A DNA stretch of 59,175 nt, taken from positions 1 to 59,175 of IMG/VR virus record IMGVR_UViG_3300045988_086641; one strand, written 5' to 3'. Of this stretch, positions 18,919-28,218 are shown piece after piece (positions within the stretch are counted from its first letter, which is position 1; each line of letters starts with the position of its first letter). A program made the position numbers and the translations under genes. The notes below the pieces were generated by a model. It was not told the DNA's origin, did no database searches, and saw only the letters and a program-made list of their open reading frames with translations. This DNA comes from a virus.

Positions 18919-19292
18919 TAATATCTGAAGAGTATTGTAAAAAGCAATTAAAAAGAGTTGGTAGACCTGTTAAAATGCCAAAAACATTATTGGATGAAGG
19001 TGGAATGAGGCAATTTACATTACAAGAAGCATTAGATTATGCTTGTAAAGGGAGAGATATAATTGGGCTTCATATAACTAAAAAAGATTACCTACAGCTT
19101 ATTAGAATGTTAATTGAATATAAAGCGGATAAACCAAACGCTAGTAAAGAATTAGTTGATACCTATTTCAAAACTAGATGGCAATTAAGAACCTTTACGA
19201 CAAGATTAGCGCAAAGAGGACATTACTATATGTCAACTGAAAGAATGCTTGGATATTTCAAAGTAATAGATGAAGATAAAGAGGAGGAATAA
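18915..19292 (+). CDS. hypothetical protein
   Basis: ORF in the operon context. Confidence 0.45.
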   Translation: MIISEEYCKKQLKRVGRPVKMPKTLLDEGGMRQFTLQEALDYACKGRDIIGLHITKKDYLQLIRMLIEYKADKPNASKELVDTYFKTRWQLRTFTTRLAQRGHYYMSTERMLGYFKVIDEDKEEE

Positions 19293-19294
19293 AA

Positions 19295-20371
19295 ATGGCT
19301 CAACCTTTAGCAAATAAATATAGACCACAAAAGTTTGAAGATGTTTCCGAACAAGGCGCAATAAAAACTATTATTGAAAACCAAATCAAACAAAATGATA
19401 TTAGAAATGCTTATTTATTTTGTGGGGGAGCCGGTACTGGAAAGACTACTTGTGCTAGAATAGTTGCTAACATGATAAATAGTGGTAAGGGTAAACCAAT
19501 AGAATTAGATGCCGCTTCTAATAATAGTGTTGATGATGTTAGAAAGATTATCAATGATAGTAAGTTTAGAGCATTAGATAGCAAATATAAAATCTATATA
19601 ATAGATGAATGTCATTCATTATCAAATGCAGCTTGGCAAGCTATGTTAAAGTTATTAGAAGAACCACCAGCAAGCACTGTATTTATTTTTTGTACAACCG
19701 ACCCTCAAAAGATACCTAGAACTATATTGAGTAGGGTGCAAAGATATAATTTTCAAAGAATATCAAAAGATGGTATAGTGAATAGACTAAAGTATATCAT
19801 TAGAGAAGAGAATACAGATATATGTATGGCTGAAGGTGGAAGTAGAGATGCCGTTGCGGATGATGAATGGGCTATAAGAGAAGGAATCCATATTATTACA
19901 TACGAAGAAGAAGCAATTGATTATATAGCAAAGCAAGCACAAGGAGGAATGAGGGATGCCATAACCACTTTAGATAAATGCTTACAATACAGTAAAGAAT
20001 TAACATTAAATAATGTGGTTAAGGTATTATCTAGTGGGGTAACCCCATACGAGTTATTTGATTTTACTAAACTTCTATTAGATAAGAATGCCGAAGGGGC
20101 TATTTCAAAATTAAATGAGTTTTTCATGAGTGGTATAGATATGTCTTTATTGCTTAACATGTACTTCGATTTCTTATTAAACTTACAAAAGTATTTGCTA
20201 TTAAATAATCCTAATGTATCCAATTTACCTATTGATATATTACAGCAATGTCCTAGAGATGTCGCATATCAAATAAGAGAGTATATTCAAAAGTTATATA
20301 ATGTTATGAGTGCGCCAAAGATGGACATAAAAGCATTACTTGAGGCTTGGGTGATAGAAAGATGTATTTAG
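19295..20371 (+). CDS. Clamp loader AAA+ ATPase subunit (DnaX/gp44-like)
   Basis: Walker A 'CGGAGTGKTTCA', Walker B 'IYIIDECHSLS', and sensor 'SRVQRYNFQRIS'. Confidence 0.7.
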   Translation: MAQPLANKYRPQKFEDVSEQGAIKTIIENQIKQNDIRNAYLFCGGAGTGKTTCARIVANMINSGKGKPIELDAASNNSVDDVRKIINDSKFRALDSKYKIYIIDECHSLSNAAWQAMLKLLEEPPASTVFIFCTTDPQKIPRTILSRVQRYNFQRISKDGIVNRLKYIIREENTDICMAEGGSRDAVADDEWAIREGIHIITYEEEAIDYIAKQAQGGMRDAITTLDKCLQYSKELTLNNVVKVLSSGVTPYELFDFTKLLLDKNAEGAISKLNEFFMSGIDMSLLLNMYFDFLLNLQKYLLLNNPNVSNLPIDILQQCPRDVAYQIREYIQKLYNVMSAPKMDIKALLEAWVIERCI

Positions 20372-21159
20372 TCGGCCAAAAAAGATTAAAAGATATTATT
20401 GATAATGGTAAAATAGATAACAGTAGTTTTATTATCATTAAAGGTCCAGCACATTATGGTAAAACTCATTTAGTAAGATATATTGCTAATCATTATAAGA
20501 TGCATTATGTTTTACTAGATAATAAAGTAGATACAATAAGAAGTCTTGTTAATACTAGTTATAGAAATAATAATAATTGCGTCTATCATTTCAAAGACTT
20601 TGATAAATCAAGCCCAGCTGCTAAAGCCGCATTATTAAAAGTTACAGAGGAAACGCCAGAAGGAACCAAGATAGTTATTACTACTTCCGCATATAATTTT
20701 CTGGATACCCTAGTATCTAGAGCATATAACATAGATATACAACCATATAGTAGAGAAGATATATTAGACTATGTAAATATATTGTCTTTCGATGAAAACT
20801 TGTTAAATATCCTATTAGATGGTTATAACCTGGATATTACTCCGTCTATGTTAAGAAGATTTAAAGAAAGAGAAGATATCCAAGAGTTAATAGATTTAAG
20901 TAACTATACAATAAACAGTTTACTACAAGGAATGAATCTTGAAAATATAGGTACTATTTCAAATAAGTTTTGGATAAGCGATGATGCGGATAAAGTAAAA
21001 ATATATCTTGAGCTTTTAGAGGCTGGGGTGGTTAAAAGAATAAAACATTGTTATAAATATATAAAAGCCATTGAAAAAACCACTTACCAATTAAATAAGA
21101 TAGCAATAAGTAATTATAAAATGCTAATACACAATATGCTAATGGAGATGGTAGAATGA
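20362..21159 (+). CDS. Clamp loader accessory subunit (delta'-like AAA+)
   Basis: Degenerate P-loop 'GPAHYGKTHLV' and adjacency to the DnaX-like gene. Confidence 0.45.
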   Translation: MYLVGQKRLKDIIDNGKIDNSSFIIIKGPAHYGKTHLVRYIANHYKMHYVLLDNKVDTIRSLVNTSYRNNNNCVYHFKDFDKSSPAAKAALLKVTEETPEGTKIVITTSAYNFLDTLVSRAYNIDIQPYSREDILDYVNILSFDENLLNILLDGYNLDITPSMLRRFKEREDIQELIDLSNYTINSLLQGMNLENIGTISNKFWISDDADKVKIYLELLEAGVVKRIKHCYKYIKAIEKTTYQLNKIAISNYKMLIHNMLMEMVE

Positions 21160-22091
21160 AATCTTTAGTAGATTTAAAAAAAGAGTTGATGGATGGTAAA
21201 GTAAATAACCTTTATGTATTTACTGGGGAAGAGAATTTAATAAGAAAAGTATATTATGAAAAAATAGGCGAATTATACGGCAATATAAAGTTTGTAGATA
21301 ATTGTCAAGAACTTTATAAGGAATTAGCAAGAAAGAGCTTATTTCAGTTAAAATTGGTGTATATAGTGTATAATGATTTAGATTACCTAAAACAAAAAGA
21401 AAAGGTACATGAAAGGTTAATAGAATTATCCAAGAAACATTGTGTTATATTGATTTATGATGAATTACCGGAAAAAGGTTCCTTTAGAAAAATCTTCGAA
21501 GATTATATTACCGCATTTAACTATGTAACAAATGATGTTGCTGTTAAATATGTTAATAAAGAGAATAGAAGTGTTGGATTAGATTTAGCGAAGAGAATTG
21601 CCTACAACTGTTATAATTCGTATAATAATATTGTAGAAGAAATGAATAAGTATAACCATTATACCCAGGTTAAAGATGATGCAATAGATGCTATGGCTTG
21701 GGCTTCTATGTTTATGGATAGGCAAGAGATACCAACTCCAAAACAATTTGCCGATGCCTTTATTACAAGGGATATTAATTTACTATCTTTATATCTAAAT
21801 GTTATAAAGAGAAATGATTGTAATATCTTAGGTTATATACCAGAGTTATATAACACTGTTAATATTTTTACCTATCTTAAGATTTACGGTAAATGGGATG
21901 GAGGAACAAGGGCATACAATGCGGGAGAGTTTTGGGGAAGAATAAAGGAAATAAGAGATTACATGGTTCCATATACTAAAAATGATTTACTTGATATTAG
22001 ATGGGCTTTAGACAAACTAGATAAAGACATTCGCAGTGGTAGAATGCCAGCACAATATGCTTGGGATTGGTTGATAGGAGTAATATTATGA
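21156..22091 (+). CDS. Putative clamp loader delta-like subunit
   Basis: Third gene of the loader operon, ~310 aa. No strong motif; positional inference only. Confidence 0.3.
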   Translation: MKSLVDLKKELMDGKVNNLYVFTGEENLIRKVYYEKIGELYGNIKFVDNCQELYKELARKSLFQLKLVYIVYNDLDYLKQKEKVHERLIELSKKHCVILIYDELPEKGSFRKIFEDYITAFNYVTNDVAVKYVNKENRSVGLDLAKRIAYNCYNSYNNIVEEMNKYNHYTQVKDDAIDAMAWASMFMDRQEIPTPKQFADAFITRDINLLSLYLNVIKRNDCNILGYIPELYNTVNIFTYLKIYGKWDGGTRAYNAGEFWGRIKEIRDYMVPYTKNDLLDIRWALDKLDKDIRSGRMPAQYAWDWLIGVIL

Positions 22092-22249
22092 TAATAGAGA
22101 AGAAATACGAATTCAAAAAGGAATTAAAATGCAAAAAATGTGGTAAGAAATTAAAAAGCTATAAATCTCAAGTTCGAGGTTATGGACCAAAGTGTTACAA
22201 AGAGCATTTAGAAGAAATAAGTACATTAAAGAAAAGGAGGTTATTCTAG
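22088..22249 (+). CDS. small zinc-ribbon protein
   Basis: 'CKKCGKK...GPKCYKEH'; RBS GGAG 8 nt upstream. Confidence 0.4.
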   Translation: MIIEKKYEFKKELKCKKCGKKLKSYKSQVRGYGPKCYKEHLEEISTLKKRRLF

Positions 22250-22756
22250 GTGGAAGAGCAAAAAGAAAAACAAACAAGAAAAAGAGTTAACCAACCATTA
22301 TCTCCTCAACAGGAGCAGTTTTGCCTTAATGTGGCTCATGGTTTAGAACCTTTAGAGGCAATGTTACAAGCATATCCTAATAGAAGAACTTATGAAAAGT
22401 TTAATCAAAATAGATTGTTAAAGGAACTCCAGGAGAACCCAAGAGTTATAGAAAAATTAAAAACCTTATTTGAAGAGATAAGAAATAATGAAATACTTGG
22501 CGATATGTATGATTTTGATAAAGGGGTAAGAATATTATTAGAAGAAATAAGATTAGCTAAAGAAAAAATAGAAGATAGTGGTTTTAGTGAATCTATGCAC
22601 AGAGTAATATTTACATCCGTTCAAGAGTTGAATAGAATGTATGGTTTCAATATTATAGATAAACATGGAAATCAACAAGGAGCAATGAATGTAACCTTTG
22701 TAAATGTAGATAGGTCAAAGGTAACTACTGTAGTTGCAAAGGAGGGTAAAAGGTAA
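22250..22756 (+). CDS. Terminase small subunit-like protein
   Basis: 'LSPQQEQFCLNVAHGLEPLEAMLQAY' matches the TerS N-terminal HTH signature (L-[ST]-x-[KQ]-Q-E-x-F-C). GTG start with RBS AAGGAGG. Confidence 0.4.
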   Translation: MEEQKEKQTRKRVNQPLSPQQEQFCLNVAHGLEPLEAMLQAYPNRRTYEKFNQNRLLKELQENPRVIEKLKTLFEEIRNNEILGDMYDFDKGVRILLEEIRLAKEKIEDSGFSESMHRVIFTSVQELNRMYGFNIIDKHGNQQGAMNVTFVNVDRSKVTTVVAKEGKR

Positions 22757-22971
22757 TGGAAAAACAGGACAGAGAAATATTAGTTTTGTATTATGACAAA
22801 GAAACTAAAACTTATCACCCAGTATTACTAAACCAGTTTGAAGAAGGTGCTGTATGTTCTAAAATAACAGAAATATTTGCAGCCAAAGGATATGATTGTG
22901 TAATGGTGGATGAGAGAAATTATAGGTTATTTCGAGAGGAGAATGAGGAATGTCAAAAGGAAGAACAATAG
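22756..22971 (+). CDS. hypothetical protein
   Basis: ORF. Confidence 0.4.
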   Translation: MEKQDREILVLYYDKETKTYHPVLLNQFEEGAVCSKITEIFAAKGYDCVMVDERNYRLFREENEECQKEEQ

Positions 22972-23444
22972 TGGCATCCTTTAAAGAAAACAATGATGGA
23001 TTCAACTTCTACGAAGTGGTAGATGTATATAACAATAATAATAGTTATGTATTAAGAAAACAAGGAACAAATGATTACTACTTGTTTATTAGAAGTCTAT
23101 ATGTATTAGTAGATTTAAAAACCACTTTCAAACCAGCAGATGAGGAAGTATTGGCAAGTATAACTCATATGTGCAATACGGTTGATAGTAATTGCTTAAT
23201 GTTCTATGCCGATAGTAATTTCGTTAAGTATTCGGGTATATGGGATGATAGCGATTTAGTATCATTAAAAGAAAGATGCCTAAAGATTAAATCGGCAATG
23301 GCACAAGCTAAAGCAACTTTACAAGGAATAAAAGAACATTCCTATTATCATTATATTATAAATTGGTTCAAATATGTTTGGGTGGTTAAAAGACAGAATG
23401 CTAAATTAAAAAGAAGGTTAAAGGAGTTTAAGATATTATGGTAA
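22950..23444 (+). CDS. hypothetical protein
   Basis: ORF. Confidence 0.45.
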   Translation: MSKGRTIVASFKENNDGFNFYEVVDVYNNNNSYVLRKQGTNDYYLFIRSLYVLVDLKTTFKPADEEVLASITHMCNTVDSNCLMFYADSNFVKYSGIWDDSDLVSLKERCLKIKSAMAQAKATLQGIKEHSYYHYIINWFKYVWVVKRQNAKLKRRLKEFKILW

Positions 23445-23797
23445 AGAAATTAAAGAAGTTTGAGGTTGGGGATTTGGTGTATACTAGAGGGGATAGATGG
23501 AAAACCCCATTCGTAGTAGAGGTTATATATGGAGGGTTTATAGTAGCAGTTAATAGAAAGAGTCCTCTATTTCCTCAATTCCTATTTATAAGACCATATA
23601 GTAATGAAGTATATAGTGGTTCAAGTAGATTTCAAAAGTATGGGGTAGATACTAAATCATCAATCATTCCTTTTATTCAATCAATACATAAAGGAGAGTA
23701 TGTATTAGATAAGGATACTTGTTATCCTACCGATATGATATTAGGAGATGATTGTTTTGAACAATATGAAAGAAGGGAGCAAGTAAGATATGAATAA
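23438..23797 (+). CDS. hypothetical protein
   Basis: ORF. Confidence 0.45.
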   Translation: MVKKLKKFEVGDLVYTRGDRWKTPFVVEVIYGGFIVAVNRKSPLFPQFLFIRPYSNEVYSGSSRFQKYGVDTKSSIIPFIQSIHKGEYVLDKDTCYPTDMILGDDCFEQYERREQVRYE

Positions 23798-24410
23798 TAT
23801 GATACAAAATGATTGGGAGATTTATAAGAAGTTATTATTAAGTACTAAAAGACCAGGTATAGAGAATCTTGTTCAATGGCTAGATAATTCAGATTTCAAA
23901 GTGGCACCAGCTAGTACTAGATATCATTCTAATTATGAAGGAGGGCTATTAAAACATAGCCTTAATGTTTATGAAGAATGCACGAGACAGCAAGATTTAA
24001 TTAAATTATTCAATGTGCCAAAAGAGAGCATAATTATAACATCATTATTACATGATATATGTAAGGTTAATTACTATAAGATGGAAATGCGAAATGTTAA
24101 GAAGAATGGTGCTTGGGTACAGGAACCTTATTATACCGTTGAAGATATGTTTCCAATGGGGCACGGAGAAAAGAGCATTATAATTGCACAACAATATATT
24201 CAATTAACGGAAGTAGAAATTGCTATGATTAGAAATCATATGGGAGGATTTGTAGATACTAGTTATTTTAGTTCTAGTAATTTATTTAATAAATATCCAG
24301 AATCTCTCATATTACATATAGCCGATATGAAAGCTACTTATATATTAGAAAGTCCAGGAATGCTTGAGGATTTTAAAGCCGGATTAGATACCTATTTGAA
24401 TAAAAATTAA
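23790..24410 (+). CDS. HD-domain phosphohydrolase
   Basis: 'RYHSNYEGGLLKHSLNV', 'LLHDICK' and 'HIADM' carry the H...HD...H...D metal-ligand pattern. Confidence 0.6.
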   Translation: MNNMIQNDWEIYKKLLLSTKRPGIENLVQWLDNSDFKVAPASTRYHSNYEGGLLKHSLNVYEECTRQQDLIKLFNVPKESIIITSLLHDICKVNYYKMEMRNVKKNGAWVQEPYYTVEDMFPMGHGEKSIIIAQQYIQLTEVEIAMIRNHMGGFVDTSYFSSSNLFNKYPESLILHIADMKATYILESPGMLEDFKAGLDTYLNKN

Positions 24411-24439
24411 AAGTTTTTTAAGAAATTTTAAATTATGCC

Positions 24440-24468
24440 TTGATTTTTCCATAAAATTATCATATTAT
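24440..24468 (+). promoter_or_regulatory. Sigma-A-type promoter TTGATT-17-TATTAT within a conserved ~90-bp element (copy 1 of 2)
   Basis: The element 24405-24502 is ~80% identical to 54917-55010. Confidence 0.55.
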
Positions 24469-24502
24469 TATATCATAATTAAAAAGAGAGGAGATTTAAA
24501 AA

Positions 24503-24736
24503 ATGAAAAAAGAATTGGATTTCACTGAATTACAAAATGATATAAGAGAGGAGATATTAAATTACCTTGTATCAGGAGGAGCGGATTTAAGTAGAAAGGA
24601 CCAAGTACAAGATGCTTTAGATAGTTTCTATTCTGACACTATAGTAGATTATATGAATAGAACTGGATTACAATTAGGTTATGAAGTAAAAATAGACGAT
24701 AACGATAACATAATTGTAAACGTTTGGGAATGGTAA
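24503..24736 (+). CDS. hypothetical small acidic protein
   Basis: ORF with RBS AGAGGAG. Confidence 0.5.
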   Translation: MKKELDFTELQNDIREEILNYLVSGGADLSRKDQVQDALDSFYSDTIVDYMNRTGLQLGYEVKIDDNDNIIVNVWEW

Positions 24737-24753
24737 TTAGGAGGAGAAAGGTT

Positions 24754-25023
24754 ATGAAAATAAGAATTAACAAAGGCGCAATCGAAAGAAGATATATAGA
24801 AGATGAAATTATTGATTTCGACGGTACATTAGACGAATTAGTAGAATTTTTAGATGGTTTATATGTAGATTGTTGTGCCAATGATGAGGATGAATTAAGA
24901 ACCTTTGAAGAATGGTCAAATATATATGAAGACGAAGCAGATATAAGTGGAAGTACTATAGTATATGAAATTACAGATAATAAAGGAAATGTAATTTTCC
25001 AAGCATTTAATGAGGAGGTATAA
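24754..25023 (+). CDS. hypothetical protein
   Basis: ORF with RBS GGAGGAG. Confidence 0.45.
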   Translation: MKIRINKGAIERRYIEDEIIDFDGTLDELVEFLDGLYVDCCANDEDELRTFEEWSNIYEDEADISGSTIVYEITDNKGNVIFQAFNEEV

Positions 25024-25026
25024 AGA

Positions 25027-25221
25027 ATGAAAAGGAAAAGAAGAAGATTAAGACCTTGGGTTAAGGTTACTATGCTAACTATTGTTTGTGGATTAGTATT
25101 AGGTTTTGTATTAGTAAAAGGATTAGAAGGACTAGATAATATGTACGAAGAATGTGATAATGCTAAAGGTTATACTTGTAGTTATTACGAAGCTAGATTA
25201 TATTCAATTAGAGGAGAATAA
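25027..25221 (+). CDS. small membrane protein (one TM)
   Basis: 'VKVTMLTIVCGLVLGFVLV' hydrophobic helix after a basic N-terminus. Confidence 0.45.
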   Translation: MKRKRRRLRPWVKVTMLTIVCGLVLGFVLVKGLEGLDNMYEECDNAKGYTCSYYEARLYSIRGE

Positions 25222-25226
25222 TTAAA

Positions 25227-25556
25227 ATGGGATTGATTAGTGATTTACTTAAAGCTCACGCTGATAAGAAAAATGATTTTATATCAGAGTGGTATTGGCG
25301 GTCAAAATATAATAAATTAGAAAATGAGTTTCAAGTATTCAAAGAAACTATGCAAAGCGATTTATATAAGAAAATAGTGAAGGATTTAACTGTACCGCTA
25401 GAGATAAAAAGATTGAAGAAAACTATTGAAAGGTTAAATAACAAATGCAATTTTCTTTTAGAGGAGCGAAATAAACTATATGATGAAAATAAATTACTTA
25501 AAAAGAAAGGTGGAACAACTGAAAATGGCGAAAATGAAGGACTCTCTATTAAATAA
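25227..25556 (+). CDS. coiled-coil protein
   Basis: ORF with heptad-like charged sequence. Confidence 0.4.
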   Translation: MGLISDLLKAHADKKNDFISEWYWRSKYNKLENEFQVFKETMQSDLYKKIVKDLTVPLEIKRLKKTIERLNNKCNFLLEERNKLYDENKLLKKKGGTTENGENEGLSIK

Positions 25557-26013
25557 TTTAATAGATAGCATTGAAAAGGTAACCGAGGCAGAATCGGATA
25601 TATATGATTATTGTTCTAATCTTGATGAAATACAAAATAAAATAAGAGATATTGAACATTATTTAGAAAACCATATTATAAGTAGAAGTGGTGCTATAGA
25701 GCTAATATCTTTATTACAGCAATTAAGAATTGAACGTAGACAAATAAAACAAATGTGGGAATTATGGAATACCTATGGGTTAAATAGAGATAAACTAAAG
25801 ACTAAAGAATGGAGAGGGTTCTTGGTCCAGGAATTACATAAAAAGGATAATCAATTACAAACGGAATATAATTATAGGGCGTTTACAGAAGATTATCTAA
25901 ATGAATTAAATGAGGATAAACCTTTACCAAGAGGTAGAAAGAAGAATTTAGTAAGTTCGTATAATAATATTGAGGAGGAAAAAGATGAAGAAAATGAAAC
26001 CACAGAAGTATAA
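25525..26013 (+). CDS. hypothetical coiled-coil protein
   Basis: ORF; start uncertain (track start 25480); overlaps the preceding gene. Confidence 0.35.
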   Translation: MAKMKDSLLNNLIDSIEKVTEAESDIYDYCSNLDEIQNKIRDIEHYLENHIISRSGAIELISLLQQLRIERRQIKQMWELWNTYGLNRDKLKTKEWRGFLVQELHKKDNQLQTEYNYRAFTEDYLNELNEDKPLPRGRKKNLVSSYNNIEEEKDEENETTEV

Positions 26014-26191
26014 AAGACTTCAAGGACAAGAATGGGATTTAGTAAAAGCTAACTTTCATTTATTACATACTTATAAGAGTGATAGGGGTAACATTAAAGG
26101 AATCTATACTAATGGGGTAGATAAGGTAGCCCATTGGATGGATGAAGAAGAAAAGAAAGCATATTTAGAAAAAGAAAGGAAGGAAAAGTAA
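25985..26191 (+). CDS. hypothetical basic protein
   Basis: RBS GAGGAGG before ATG 25985. Confidence 0.4.
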   Translation: MKKMKPQKYKRLQGQEWDLVKANFHLLHTYKSDRGNIKGIYTNGVDKVAHWMDEEEKKAYLEKERKEK

Positions 26192-26192
26192 T

Positions 26193-26615
26193 ATGTTTGG
26201 AATTGGAGAAATTAAAATTAACGCAAATGGAAAGAGTAAAGAAGAAGTAAAAGAAGAAATTATGGATGAGGTTAAAAAGAAAATTGATGAAATGTTTGAA
26301 ATGAATGAAAAGATTATAAATTCTCATAAAAAATCAGAAAAGAAAGTCGAAGGACCAAAACCTGCTAAGATTTCATTAGTATTACAAGAAGATGAAGAAA
26401 AGACAGGATTCCATATAGAGACTGATATACAAGTAGAGGATTTATCTTATGAGCAATTAATGACAATGATTACAATGGGACTTGCTAATCTATTTAAACA
26501 ATTGTTTCAAGAGGATGATGCTTTTCAAGGAATGATGGCAATAACACAAATGTTCCCAGCATTGATGGATGAGTATTTCAAAGATGAGGAGGATGAAGAA
26601 GATGCTGGAGAATAA
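26193..26615 (+). CDS. Highly acidic protein (candidate DNA mimic / anti-restriction-like)
   Basis: Very high D/E content and a C-terminus 'DEEDEEDAGE'. The functional guess rests only on charge and its position in the early cluster. Confidence 0.3.
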   Translation: MFGIGEIKINANGKSKEEVKEEIMDEVKKKIDEMFEMNEKIINSHKKSEKKVEGPKPAKISLVLQEDEEKTGFHIETDIQVEDLSYEQLMTMITMGLANLFKQLFQEDDAFQGMMAITQMFPALMDEYFKDEEDEEDAGE

Positions 26616-26889
26616 ATTAAAAGCAGTTCCATTAGAAGAATTGGAATCAGAAGTAATTGAGGAATTTCCAGATATTCCAGAGGAACAACCAATGCCACAA
26701 GAACCATCAGTTGAAGAACAAATCAGAATGGCAACAGAAGAATTAGAAAGAAAGAATAATGATTTAACTCAACAAATCTATTATAAAGAACAAGAGTGTA
26801 GAGAATTAAGAGCAGCAATGCAAAGCCAAGAGGAGACTTTCAATAGAGTTATTGCTGGTCTATGTATAACAATATTTGGTGGTAGATAA
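26602..26889 (+). CDS. hypothetical acidic protein
   Basis: RBS GAGGAGG before ATG 26602. Confidence 0.35.
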   Translation: MLENKLKAVPLEELESEVIEEFPDIPEEQPMPQEPSVEEQIRMATEELERKNNDLTQQIYYKEQECRELRAAMQSQEETFNRVIAGLCITIFGGR

Positions 26890-27182
26890 TGAGAAGTAAG
26901 ATATTGTTAATACAAAAATATAGTTTACCAATTATATTAGTAATAACATTAGTAATAGCTGTATATAGTATATTTATTAGAATTGATAATAATAAATTGA
27001 AGGAGCAGAATACCCAATTAAAAGAAAAGGTAAGTTCTTTAGAAACAGAGGTAGCTGCTAAACAAGATTTAATATTAGAAAGAAACAATGAAATCTATAT
27101 ACTAAAGATGGAGAGAGATGAGTGGAGAGAATTATTCTATGCAGAAATAGATTTCCATCCATACGAAGGTCCAGATTGGTAA
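26889..27182 (+). CDS. membrane-anchored coiled-coil protein
   Basis: N-terminal TM 'LPIILVITLVIAVYSIFI' followed by coiled coil. Confidence 0.4.
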   Translation: MRSKILLIQKYSLPIILVITLVIAVYSIFIRIDNNKLKEQNTQLKEKVSSLETEVAAKQDLILERNNEIYILKMERDEWRELFYAEIDFHPYEGPDW

Positions 27183-28218
27183 AACATATAATATAAATAC
27201 ATTGGTTGTTAGTAGTAATGGCGCTTATAAACGTATAGTATACTAATGTAAAAAGGCTAAAGTAATAGGAGTACCATCCTTTTCCAATTTAATTAAGGCA
27301 TCTACCTAATGTAGTCATAGCGCTAAAGGACATGATTAGGAGAGAATAGATGTAGGTGACCAAGCGGTGTACCTGGTATAACCAATGCCAAAGCAGCTGG
27401 TAGGTAGTTTACCTATAATTAAACCGACTCTTGAGCTGGAGGACGATAGGAGAGGCAACAGTTTTGGATAGTTTAGATTTAAGAACTAGAAGGTCCTAAT
27501 TAGAGACAGGTGTGCTAATTGGATTCCTATATCCGAAATAGGTAAATTGAATTGGTTTGACTTATGGAAAGACATATATGTTAAGTTTGGCAGAGCATTC
27601 TTCGAATATCAAAAAAGCTCTGATTTTTATATCTTCTGGATACTAGGAGTATATTGAAAGACCATTGCGGAGGATGTTAACACTCAAATGTTAATCGAGT
27701 AGATGGAAAGATGGGGTATCTATTATATAATTGAGTAGTACTTATCTAGAGAGAAAGATTATATAATATTAGAGTTCAAATCTCTATCAGAAGTTTTCAT
27801 TTTTTAAAGTCCTTATCTTGTTGCTCCTTTCTATAAACTTTATTAAGTAGTTTTCTTATTCATAGAATCCAAATAAGATAAGGAAATATAACCTTTCATT
27901 ATTCCATATTATTATTGAGATACCTTTCCTCAATAATTCGAATAATGTAAAGCCTTTGTTAGATAGCGTAATGCTATCTTTTTTATATGAAAAAATCGTT
28001 TACGCGCGGAGGATGGGAAATAGGGATAATAACTATATAATATAATATAATCAAATACATAAAATATAAATATAAAGAATATATAGATAAATAGTATATA
28101 GAGATATAAGAGATATAAGTAATAGATTATATCAAAATAAATAAGAAATAGTTATAAGATAAATGTAAAAGTAAATAAGGAAATAAGTTAACTAGTTATA
28201 GGAAAGGATGGTTTTATA
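27183..28218. other. 1.04-kb ORF-free intergenic segment: GC-enriched (~40-45%) structured part (about 27200-27960) + intrinsic terminator + AT-rich low-complexity tract (28020-28200), directly upstream of terminase
   Basis: No ORF of 60 aa or more in any frame. Several stable hairpins, e.g. 27823-27888, 27911-27938 and 27403-27417. Confidence 0.6.
27961..27986 (+). terminator. Intrinsic terminator (AGATAGC/GCTATCT + T6)
   Basis: 'agatagcgtaatgctatcttttttat'. Confidence 0.6.

Noticed and set aside
27633-27794. Possible tRNA: a perfect T-arm-like tagag-TTCAAAT-ctcta at 27770-27786 with a 7-bp acceptor-like pairing (cttctgg / tcagaag)
   Set aside because: The paired ends are ~161 nt apart and no D-arm or anticodon arm can be built between them. 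A separate cctat[atccgaa]atagg hairpin at ~27521-27537 also lacks a D-arm or T-arm. These look like structured-RNA hairpins and not tRNA genes.
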